Origin: a virus | Direction: 5' to 3' (one strand) | Virus record (IMG/VR): IMGVR_UViG_3300032235_000792 | DNA: 64,000 nt | In this document: positions 1 to 6,420 of the stretch, piece by piece | How the letters are laid out: each line of letters begins with the position of its first letter | Numbering within the stretch: the first letter of the stretch is position 1 | The notes under the pieces: generated by a model | What the model saw: the letters and a program-made list of their open reading frames with translations, nothing else | Told to the model about the DNA's origin: nothing | Databases searched by the model: none | Program-made: the position numbers and the translations under genes

Positions 1-39
1 CATACCTATCTAACAACTGAACACGGTCCATATTCACCT

Positions 40-198
40 CTATAGTTTATCTTTACAGCACATCAACATAAATAAGTCGAACATATTAGGGCGCCCAATG
101 CCTAAGTACATAAACGTGAATACTAGGTTAGCTACAGCTTGACCACTAACTCCACTGGCGTACTCCTTCATCTGTTCATCTGTTATTTCTCTATTCAC
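40..198 (-). CDS. micro-ORF, 52 aa, motif family (LVFTFMYLGIG)
   Basis: Hand translation GTG..TAG; start overlaps the upstream stop (TAGTG); below ORF-track cutoff. Confidence 0.55.
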   Translation of the reverse strand: MNREITDEQMKEYASGVSGQAVANLVFTFMYLGIGRPNMFDLFMLMCCKDKL

Positions 199-308
199 TA
201 AAGCTCCCTATGATCTATATCTTCTAAAAACAAGTACCACACTACAATAAAGAACCTACGTAGCACAACCTTATCTTCATCAGAGCTATACTTATATTCA
301 GTTACCAC
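198..308 (-). CDS. micro-ORF, 36 aa hypothetical
   Basis: Hand translation MVTEYKYSSDEDKVVLRRFFIVVWYLFLEDIDHREL; tightly packed between neighbours. Confidence 0.45.
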   Translation of the reverse strand: MVTEYKYSSDEDKVVLRRFFIVVWYLFLEDIDHREL

Positions 309-312
309 AAGC

Positions 313-393
313 TTACTTAGCATGCATACCGTATATAGCCATAACTCGTTGAGCCCCAGTTATTACACCTATTCGTACTAAAATATCGAACAT
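313..393 (-). CDS. micro-ORF, 26 aa, motif family (MFDILVRIGVI)
   Basis: ATG overlaps the stop of 393..941 (TAATG coupling). Confidence 0.5.
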   Translation of the reverse strand: MFDILVRIGVITGAQRVMAIYGMHAK

Positions 394-941
394 TAAGATT
401 CTTCTCTCAAAGTTTGGCTCCATAAGCTAATCCCCTCTAGTTTCATCAACCGTTCAGCCTCACCACCTACCAATAATAGCTTAACACTATACTCAGCTAG
501 CCGCTCATAATCCATACCATCCTCATCAAAGCCTATATCCATATTTATAGTTCCACTAGCACTACGCACATATCTTACAAAGTCTTTCCACTCACCAAAT
601 ACATTAATAACTGCATAGAATACCTTAGCAACCATATACATAGGCTCATCTACATCACCATCATAATTAAAGTCTATATCTTGTACATTAACATACTCTT
701 TTATCTCAGCTACAACAGGCACATCGTCACCTACTACACTAAAAGAGAAGCCACCTACTTCACCTATAGAACTAAACCTAGGGGCTTTACTTATGAACTC
801 AGAGACCTCACTAGAGTGGGACGAGGCGTTCACTTCTCGGCCAACTGTAAATTGACCTGATTCGTCTGAGAATAGACCGTATGGACCTACTATTTGGGCG
901 TGGAAGCGGAGCTTGTATTGAACCATCAGTATACCCCACAA
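393..941 (-). CDS. hypothetical protein (likely start ATG ~926)
   Basis: 182-aa ORF; GGGG SD-like sequence before MVQYKL. Confidence 0.75.
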   Translation of the reverse strand: MWGILMVQYKLRFHAQIVGPYGLFSDESGQFTVGREVNASSHSSEVSEFISKAPRFSSIGEVGGFSFSVVGDDVPVVAEIKEYVNVQDIDFNYDGDVDEPMYMVAKVFYAVINVFGEWKDFVRYVRSASGTINMDIGFDEDGMDYERLAEYSVKLLLVGGEAERLMKLEGISLWSQTLREES

Positions 942-1042
942 AGTTATATATGATATCTGTTGTAGTTATACAAGCCATTGTATTTACGAGTTAGTCGAGG
1001 GTAAAAGATAGGGTTTGGCCGCGAGCCCCATAGCCCCACTTC

Positions 1043-1312
1043 GTCCCCAACAGACCAACTGCCTGCCCATCGACAGACCAGCGCGCGGGTCCCAACAGAT
1101 CGGTCCACGCGTACCGAGCAATGTTAGGCCGCAACATTGCTCAGCGCGACAGGCCTGTTACTGGCCAACAGACTGTTTCCCTAGGGGGTTTTGAGGTGCC
1201 TGCTGGCCAACAGAGCTCCCCCGTTGGGCGGCGTAGCAGTGTCACAGACGTCTAGCTGCCAGCAGACCCGCTTAACAGACTGCTGGCGTAGGACCTGTGG
1301 ACTTAACAGACT
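1043..1312 (+). repeat. GC-rich non-coding cluster of AACAGA boxes with inverted repeats
   Basis: Exact AACAGA at 1049, 1094, 1167, 1209, 1274, 1305 plus 4 near matches; perfect 10-bp inverted repeat 1116-1142. Confidence 0.85.
1230..1244. repeat. conserved 15-mer GGCGTAGCAGTGTCA, copy 1
   Basis: Exact copies at 1230, 2296, 3709, 4368, 5130. Confidence 0.95.
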
Positions 1313-1535
1313 ACTCTTCTAGCATCTTGTTGATGGCCAGAGCTGCTCTGACTTCTGCTAGTAGCTCATCGTCATCACTGGCATAGGACTCGTACTCCTC
1401 TAACAGCTCTTGATCTGTCATATTGCGCAGCCCCGGAAAGTTACCGCCATAGAGGATATAGTCTCTGAGTTCAAAACAGCCATACATGTCATCGAACAGT
1501 ACATCCATCAGCTTGTTTCTAGTAACTTCGTCCAT
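1311..1535 (-). CDS. small acidic hypothetical protein
   Basis: 74-aa ORF with AGGAG SD. Confidence 0.8.
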   Translation of the reverse strand: MDEVTRNKLMDVLFDDMYGCFELRDYILYGGNFPGLRNMTDQELLEEYESYASDDDELLAEVRAALAINKMLEE

Positions 1536-1553
1536 ATTAGCTCCTTTATGGTT

Positions 1554-1584
1554 AAAGAAAAGGCCGGAGAGTTACTCCGGCCTT
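1554..1584 (-). terminator. intrinsic terminator after paralogue 1
   Basis: AAGGCCGGAG/CTCCGGCCTT stem followed by U-rich tract on minus strand. Confidence 0.85.
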
Positions 1585-1588
1585 GGAA

Positions 1589-2071
1589 CTAGCCTACTAA
1601 GTGACGTAGGTGCTCTGGGAGAGCGTCAACATTGATCTCTACTTTAGCTTCGGGCTTGATCTCTGCTAGTCTAGCATCAATCGCTTGTTGAACTTGTGTT
1701 TTAGTTTCAGCATCAGTAACCGTCTTGAGTAGAGCTTTAAGAGCTTTGATCTGAGCGTCACCAGAACCAGAGCGAGAACCTGGGTTTTTGGTGGTATAGC
1801 TCTGACCATTGTTGAACTGCGGGTTCTTTCTAATCCAGTTATCTAGTAGGCCAGAGACATACTTCTTAAGCTCGGAGTCAAAGGCATACTTATCACTAGC
1901 TTCGGCTGACATCTGGACTTGGCCAGAGCGGAAGCCAGCGACCAGCTTCTCTTTCATAGTATTCTTTTGCTCTGAAGTTATGATGTCGGACAGCACGACT
2001 TCACCGCCCAGCTCATAGTTAGGCACTACAGACATGACAACTTGAGTAACTGCATCTTTTTGACTAATCAT
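1589..2071 (-). CDS. unknown ~160-aa early protein, paralogue 1 of 3
   Basis: Shares GFRSGQxQMSxEASDKYAFDSEL, NWxRK and KNPGSRxGSGD with 3760..4248 and 5372..5857. Confidence 0.9.
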   Translation of the reverse strand: MISQKDAVTQVVMSVVPNYELGGEVVLSDIITSEQKNTMKEKLVAGFRSGQVQMSAEASDKYAFDSELKKYVSGLLDNWIRKNPQFNNGQSYTTKNPGSRSGSGDAQIKALKALLKTVTDAETKTQVQQAIDARLAEIKPEAKVEINVDALPEHLRHLVG

Positions 2072-2295
2072 ACTAAACCCCTTTAGTAGCTAGCATTATT
2101 GCTAGTGATTAAATATAATATTTGTTAGAGTCCTTGAGTTAATAACTGACAGTTCATCATTTTAGGTGTCTGCACTGTCAAACCGCCCACCGGATACTAA
2201 TATGCCTAGTCCACGCTTGTTAGTCTATGTAAGACTTTTTTACAACCGTATTGGTTGATGTTAATATATAGAATCTGTTAAGGCGGGGGATGGCA

Positions 2296-2310
2296 GGCGT
2301 AGCAGTGTCA
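2296..2310. repeat. conserved 15-mer, copy 2
   Basis: Exact match; abuts hairpin 2311-2328. Confidence 0.95.
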
Positions 2311-2341
2311 CTCGGCCACTAGGCCGAGCGCACGCTGGAGG

Positions 2342-2545
2342 CTAGAACCCTTGGGAGGTGAAATCCAACTCTCCATCTTCTTCATCGTAACTATCTTCTA
2401 CATATACTTCTAGTGTATCTTCGTCACTGAACTCGGCATTCATATCATCTAAGTCTGCCTGTTCGATAGCATCTCGTATCTCTTCCTCAGTATCGATGTC
2501 GTCCTCAAAGTCCTCGTATGAATCGAATAAGTTCATGCTTCTCAT
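2342..2545 (-). CDS. extremely acidic 67-aa protein (possible nucleic-acid mimic)
   Basis: 28 D/E versus 2 R; AGGAG SD. Confidence 0.8.
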   Translation of the reverse strand: MRSMNLFDSYEDFEDDIDTEEEIRDAIEQADLDDMNAEFSDEDTLEVYVEDSYDEEDGELDFTSQGF

Positions 2546-2578
2546 ATAACTCCTATGTTTATTTAGTTTTAAAGAAAT

Positions 2579-2594
2579 GAGCCATCCATGGCTC
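2579..2594 (-). promoter_or_regulatory. leader hairpin with ANGGA loop (CsrA/RsmA-type)
   Basis: GAGCC-ATGGAT-GGCTC on minus strand. Confidence 0.65.
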
Positions 2595-2601
2595 GAATAA
2601 C

Positions 2602-2829
2602 TTAGGCACAGTACTCACGAAGACGCTTGTTGTACTTGATTCTTAAAGCTTCAGCCTCAGCTTTTAGCTCAGCCGCCTTATCATCAGAGCTCGTCTTCAT
2701 AGCGTCAGCGAGTTTATTCCAGTAGGCTGATTTGAACTTAGCCAGGTGCTGTTCATGAAACTCGATCGCTCTAGGATTCTGGATGTCTTCAACTCTAGTA
2801 ACACCATTACATTCTTTAGATTTAGTCAT
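2602..2829 (-). CDS. hypothetical protein
   Basis: 75-aa ORF, GGAGG SD. Confidence 0.8.
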   Translation of the reverse strand: MTKSKECNGVTRVEDIQNPRAIEFHEQHLAKFKSAYWNKLADAMKTSSDDKAAELKAEAEALRIKYNKRLREYCA

Positions 2830-2871
2830 TTAACCCTCCCAAGGTTAGATCATCTACTAGATGATCATTTA

Positions 2872-2896
2872 ATTATGATATATTATAGAATCTGTT
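2872..2896 (-). promoter_or_regulatory. AACAGA-N13-CATAAT promoter
   Basis: Same geometry as the four TATAAT copies; followed by 5' hairpin GATCATCT/AGATGATC. Confidence 0.65.
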
Positions 2897-2904
2897 GGAG
2901 ATAT

Positions 2905-3222
2905 CTACAGACAGGCAGCCAGCCATCTTATTGTATTCTCAATATCTTCTCTATCTTTGATGTAGTCTTTGCCATCATGACAACCACAGCGGCTAGACAC
3001 AACCATATCATCATCTATGTGTATCTGGCATGGTGGACACTCATCATTCTCATACAGCCATTCGCCAGTGAAGTCTTCAAACTCCGCTTGCTCGCTCTCA
3101 CTTAGATGGGAATAGTCTGGTACATTCTTAAGATATGAGTATGCATGATCACAATCCCAGTCATACCCAATCTCTTTGTCACTTTCCATGAATAGCTTTT
3201 TCAAATCACCAAGTGTTTTCAT
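2905..3222 (-). CDS. acidic Cys-containing hypothetical protein
   Basis: Start moved to MKTLGD (GGAGG SD); CPPC and CGC motifs. Confidence 0.8.
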   Translation of the reverse strand: MKTLGDLKKLFMESDKEIGYDWDCDHAYSYLKNVPDYSHLSESEQAEFEDFTGEWLYENDECPPCQIHIDDDMVVSSRCGCHDGKDYIKDREDIENTIRWLAACL

Positions 3223-3238
3223 GTTACCTCCAAAGTTA

Positions 3239-3254
3239 GAGCCATCCATGGCTC
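3239..3254 (-). promoter_or_regulatory. leader hairpin with ANGGA loop
   Basis: Identical to 2579-2594; lies just upstream of the SD. Confidence 0.65.
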
Positions 3255-3262
3255 GAGTTTAG

Positions 3263-3616
3263 TTAGACTTTGCGGAACTGTAAGATACCGTAGTAGAGAC
3301 CGTTGCCAGAACCATCTTGCTCATAGAATAAGCTATAACCATAGTGCTTCATATATATCTCAATGGCTTCAAGTACACCATTAGTTTTACAGTTATCACC
3401 GAGCATCCAACTAACGAACTTGTCGCTCTCCTCCTTTTTGCCCCACAGTTCTTCATCGCTAAAATCATAGTAGACAACGATATCACTTGGGGCGAGATCA
3501 GCTTCATCACCAAGCGACGCCTCATCGTGGGTGATCACACTTAAGTTACCGAGCTTTGGGTAATAGTTGTAGTGGTTTAAGAACTTGCCGAGTGCACTTA
3601 TCATAACTTGATCCAT
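3263..3616 (-). CDS. hypothetical protein
   Basis: 117-aa ORF, GGAGG SD. Confidence 0.85.
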   Translation of the reverse strand: MDQVMISALGKFLNHYNYYPKLGNLSVITHDEASLGDEADLAPSDIVVYYDFSDEELWGKKEESDKFVSWMLGDNCKTNGVLEAIEIYMKHYGYSLFYEQDGSGNGLYYGILQFRKV

Positions 3617-3632
3617 AGTTGCCTCCGAGTTG

Positions 3633-3649
3633 GAGTCAGTCCGTGACTC
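3633..3649 (-). promoter_or_regulatory. leader hairpin with ACGGA loop
   Basis: GAGTC-ACGGACT-GACTC. Confidence 0.65.
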
Positions 3650-3662
3650 GATTAATATTGTA

Positions 3663-3687
3663 ATTATAAAAATATATAAAGTCTGTT
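3663..3687 (-). promoter_or_regulatory. AACAGA-N13-TATAAT promoter
   Basis: Conserved box, 13-nt AT-rich spacer, perfect -10. Confidence 0.75.
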
Positions 3688-3708
3688 AGAGTTTGTGTAG
3701 GTGTGAGC

Positions 3709-3723
3709 GGCGTAGCAGTGTCA
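3709..3723. repeat. conserved 15-mer, copy 3
   Basis: Exact match. Confidence 0.95.
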
Positions 3724-3751
3724 AAATAATAGGTGGGGCTTTCGCCCCACC
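3724..3751 (-). terminator. intrinsic terminator after paralogue 2
   Basis: GGTGGGGC-GAAA-GCCCCACC plus U-rich tail. Confidence 0.85.
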
Positions 3752-3759
3752 GTGGTGGC

Positions 3760-4248
3760 CTAGCCTAGCAGGTGGCGTAGGCTTTCAGGTATCAAGCTCG
3801 CATCGATCTCGATCTTAGGTTTCAACTCTTCAAGACGCTTATCGATCTCGACTTGGATGGTTGCCTTGACCGAAGGGTCGTTGACAGTACTCATCAATGC
3901 TCTCAGAGCTTTCAGCTTCTCGTCACCAGACCCGCTTCGTGATCCAGGATTCTTGGCTTGGTAAGTGTTGCCGCCGTTGAACTCAGGTGCCTTACGCAAC
4001 CAGTTGTTCAGTAGTCCGACACAGTACTTGCGGAGCTCGGAGTCGAAGGCATACTTGTCACTAGCCTCGCTCGACATTTGGATTTGACCCGAGCGGAACC
4101 CAGCGATCAGCATCGCCACAGCGTTCTCCTTGTCACTCACGGTGAACACCTCACTCACAGGTGTCTCGCCATTGAGAGTGTAGTTAACACCACGCTTAGA
4201 AAGAGTAGCTAACACGATAGAGACAGTTGCTTGACGTTGATTAACCAT
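3760..4248 (-). CDS. unknown ~160-aa early protein, paralogue 2 of 3
   Basis: Start moved to MVNQRQ (GGAGG SD; aligns with paralogue N-termini). Confidence 0.9.
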   Translation of the reverse strand: MVNQRQATVSIVLATLSKRGVNYTLNGETPVSEVFTVSDKENAVAMLIAGFRSGQIQMSSEASDKYAFDSELRKYCVGLLNNWLRKAPEFNGGNTYQAKNPGSRSGSGDEKLKALRALMSTVNDPSVKATIQVEIDKRLEELKPKIEIDASLIPESLRHLLG

Positions 4249-4324
4249 ACGAGATCCTCCCAAGGATTAAGCGCGCACGACATGTGAGCACTATTAGTTA
4301 ATTAATATAATTAAATAAGTTATA

Positions 4325-4382
4325 TATTTAATTATAAATAATATTAAAGTCTGTTAAATTATATAGCGGCGTAGCAGTGTCA
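4325..4382. repeat. 58-bp exact duplicate of 5087-5144 (promoter plus 15-mer copy 4)
   Basis: Direct comparison. Confidence 0.95.
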
Positions 4383-4402
4383 GTAGGCCTTGCGGCCTAC
4401 TG
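4381..4402 (-). terminator. hairpin (GCAA loop) after 4413 gene
   Basis: CAGTAGGCC-GCAA-GGCCTACTG; no U-tract, runs into the 15-mer. Confidence 0.6.
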
Positions 4403-4412
4403 CACCAGATAA

Positions 4413-4688
4413 CTAGACGACCAGTCCTTGGTCTTGGAGTTGTTGGTCAAGTGTCTTACCATCGTAGTTGAGTAAGTCACTACCATCGTTGAGATCAGTG
4501 AACATATCCTGCTTGACCTCGCTATAGGTCTGCACACACTCGGGATCCTCGTGGCACATGAACCACAGTTGACCGTTGATGCTGTAGACTTCGAAGTCGT
4601 AGATAGCGTGGTTACCGATGTGGACACAGCCGACATGGTTAGATTCAAAGTCTTCGTGGTTAAAGTTAGATGGATCGAAAGTTGTCAT
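4413..4688 (-). CDS. acidic hypothetical protein
   Basis: Start moved to MTTFDP (GGAGG SD). Confidence 0.8.
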   Translation of the reverse strand: MTTFDPSNFNHEDFESNHVGCVHIGNHAIYDFEVYSINGQLWFMCHEDPECVQTYSEVKQDMFTDLNDGSDLLNYDGKTLDQQLQDQGLVV

Positions 4689-4706
4689 GATTACCTCCAA
4701 GATAGA

Positions 4707-4722
4707 GAGTCGTCCATGACTC
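4707..4722 (-). promoter_or_regulatory. leader hairpin with ANGGA loop
   Basis: GAGTC-ATGGAC-GACTC. Confidence 0.65.
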
Positions 4723-4757
4723 AGTTAATTTATATTGATTGTTAAGATTTGTTAGGG

Positions 4758-5027
4758 CTACGCTTCGGTATCCCAGCGGAAGAGTAGCTCGTTGTACTTA
4801 GCTTCGCTGATCACCACCCAACTCCATGTGTTAAGGTAGCGGACCGCATGATTCTTCTTGCCAGTCATGCGCAGCGACTTGCCGTACATTTGGGACTTGG
4901 CTCGCTCTTTGATGACACCAGACTCTTTATGGCCGCTCAGCGAGTGCGACTCATACTCGTAAGAGTAAGGGTTGTTGTCAGTGGCGTCGATAGCACGGAC
5001 GAGCTTAATGAGTGACAATGATTTCAT
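4758..5027 (-). CDS. basic hypothetical protein
   Basis: 89-aa ORF, GGAGG SD. Confidence 0.8.
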   Translation of the reverse strand: MKSLSLIKLVRAIDATDNNPYSYEYESHSLSGHKESGVIKERAKSQMYGKSLRMTGKKNHAVRYLNTWSWVVISEAKYNELLFRWDTEA

Positions 5028-5042
5028 AGTACCTCCAAGTTG

Positions 5043-5059
5043 GAGTCAGTCCGTGACTC
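5043..5059 (-). promoter_or_regulatory. leader hairpin with ACGGA loop
   Basis: Within a 31-bp exact duplicate of 3628-3658. Confidence 0.65.
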
Positions 5060-5086
5060 GATTAATATAATAAATAATTTTAATTT

Positions 5087-5144
5087 TATTTAATTATAAA
5101 TAATATTAAAGTCTGTTAAATTATATAGCGGCGTAGCAGTGTCA
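5087..5144. repeat. 58-bp duplicate (promoter plus 15-mer copy 5)
   Basis: Identical to 4325-4382. Confidence 0.95.
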
Positions 5145-5184
5145 ATAGGTAAGCGGGCCATCATGGCCCGCATAACCTCGGAGA

Positions 5185-5277
5185 TCACTCAGCATCTTCG
5201 CTAAGCAATTCATAATCATCGTAATCAAGATAGCTTAAGTTATAATCATCATCTTCATTCATATTTATATCGTTCAT
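5185..5277 (-). CDS. 30-aa acidic micro-protein
   Basis: MNDINMNEDDDYNLSYLDYDDYELLSEDAE; GGGGA SD; followed by hairpin 5153-5171. Confidence 0.65.
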   Translation of the reverse strand: MNDINMNEDDDYNLSYLDYDDYELLSEDAE

Positions 5278-5342
5278 AATTTCCCCCATTAGTTATATCC
5301 GCTATTAAGTACCAAGATAGACATCTTAATACTTAATAGAAG

Positions 5343-5362
5343 GGAGGGACTTTCGTCCCTCC
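5343..5362 (-). terminator. terminator hairpin after paralogue 3
   Basis: GGAGGGAC-GAAA-GTCCCTCC. Confidence 0.8.
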
Positions 5363-5371
5363 AGTTAACCT

Positions 5372-5857
5372 CTAGAGTAGGTGGCGTAAGCTCTCAGGGA
5401 TCAGATCAGCATTGATCTCGATCTTAGGCTTAAGCTCTTCGATTCGCTTATCGATCTCAGATTGGATCGTAGCCTTGGTAGTAGGATCACTTACCTTAGA
5501 CATCAGAGCTCGTAGGGCTTTCAGCTTCTCATCACCAGATCCCGTTCTAGATCCAGGGTTCTTAGCTGTATAAGCATTACCACCGTTGAACTCAGGAGCC
5601 TTGCGGATCCAGTTGTTAACCAGACCAACCACATATTTCTTAAGTTCAGAGTCGAAGGCATACTTATCAGAAGCCTCAGAGGACATTTGTATCTGTCCAG
5701 ATCGGAAGCCCGCGACCAGCTTGTTGACAGCTTGTTCCTTGTCAGTTACCGTTAGGACATCTGCGATACATTGCTCACCGTTTAGGTTGTAGTCGATACC
5801 GCGCTCAGAGAGAACAGATAAGATAACAGATACAGTTGCTTGACGTTGAGATACCAT
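5372..5857 (-). CDS. unknown ~160-aa early protein, paralogue 3 of 3
   Basis: Clear paralogue; AAGGAG SD. Confidence 0.9.
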   Translation of the reverse strand: MVSQRQATVSVILSVLSERGIDYNLNGEQCIADVLTVTDKEQAVNKLVAGFRSGQIQMSSEASDKYAFDSELKKYVVGLVNNWIRKAPEFNGGNAYTAKNPGSRTGSGDEKLKALRALMSKVSDPTTKATIQSEIDKRIEELKPKIEINADLIPESLRHLL

Positions 5858-5875
5858 TGAGAACTCCTTGGTTAT

Positions 5876-5891
5876 GAGTCATCCGTAACTC
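5876..5891 (-). promoter_or_regulatory. leader hairpin with ANGGA loop
   Basis: GAGTT-ACGGAT-GACTC, 8 nt downstream of TATAAT. Confidence 0.6.
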
Positions 5892-5899
5892 GGTGGTTA

Positions 5900-5924
5900 A
5901 TTATAAAAATTTATAAAGTCTGTT
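5900..5924 (-). promoter_or_regulatory. AACAGA-N13-TATAAT promoter
   Basis: Same geometry; a second variant lies at 5954-5978. Confidence 0.75.
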
Positions 5925-6102
5925 AAAAAATAGGGCCGGGTAACTTTATTATTTATATAAGTATTGTTAAAATCTGTTGGATCTGGTACCCCACGAACTC
6001 TGGGAGGACACTTCGCCATAAAATAGGGCCCACTGGCTTCTACCCCATAATAGGCAAACTCACCAGGTACCACTACTTCAATTTTTATATATTATTTTTT
6101 AT

Positions 6103-6246
6103 CTAACAATAAGGCCAGAAATAATACCCACTGCCGTACCACTTCTCATCTTGGGTCATCTCAAACTTGAACACACCTAAATTCTGAAACACGCGTAACA
6201 ACCGCATTCTTTCCTGATAATCATTATAATTATTCTGAAAACTCAT
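6103..6246 (-). CDS. micro-ORF, 47 aa, motif family (LLRVFQNLGVF)
   Basis: Hand translation; GGGGTG SD. Confidence 0.6.
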   Translation of the reverse strand: MSFQNNYNDYQERMRLLRVFQNLGVFKFEMTQDEKWYGSGYYFWPYC

Positions 6247-6259
6247 CTTCACCCCAACC

Positions 6260-6349
6260 TCACATATCGAGCTCAATAAGACCTAACCTATATAAGGTGA
6301 ACCACATAGATATCTCACAATAAAAATCGCCATACCACTCGTCAAACAT
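6260..6349 (-). CDS. micro-ORF, 29 aa, motif family (MWFTLYRLGLI)
   Basis: Hand translation; GGTGAG SD; overlaps upstream ORF end. Confidence 0.55.
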   Translation of the reverse strand: MFDEWYGDFYCEISMWFTLYRLGLIELDM

Positions 6350-6407
6350 CTAACTCACCAAGCCCTAACTTCGACCAAAGCATGACAATGAGATTAAACT
6401 TTAACAC
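6342..6407 (-). CDS. micro-ORF, 21 aa (MLWSKLGLG)
   Basis: Hand translation from GTG. Confidence 0.35.
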   Translation of the reverse strand: MLKFNLIVMLWSKLGLGELDV

Positions 6408-6420
6408 GATACCATCTTGC

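Noticed and set aside
1230-5144. 15-mer repeats as a CRISPR array
   Set aside because: Repeat is too short, intervals are 0.66-1.4 kb and contain genes, and no cas genes are in the window.
4359-5145. 15-mer as the -35 half of a sigma70 promoter (TTGACA/CTGACA...TATAAT)
   Set aside because: Spacer is only 14 nt in the two copies with TATAAT, and the other three copies have no -10 at that position.
1043-5978. TCTGTT/ATCTGTT as T7 class II pause/termination signals
   Set aside because: No single-subunit RNA polymerase in the window, most copies are GTCTGTT, and the fixed 13-nt distance to TATAAT fits a promoter element better.
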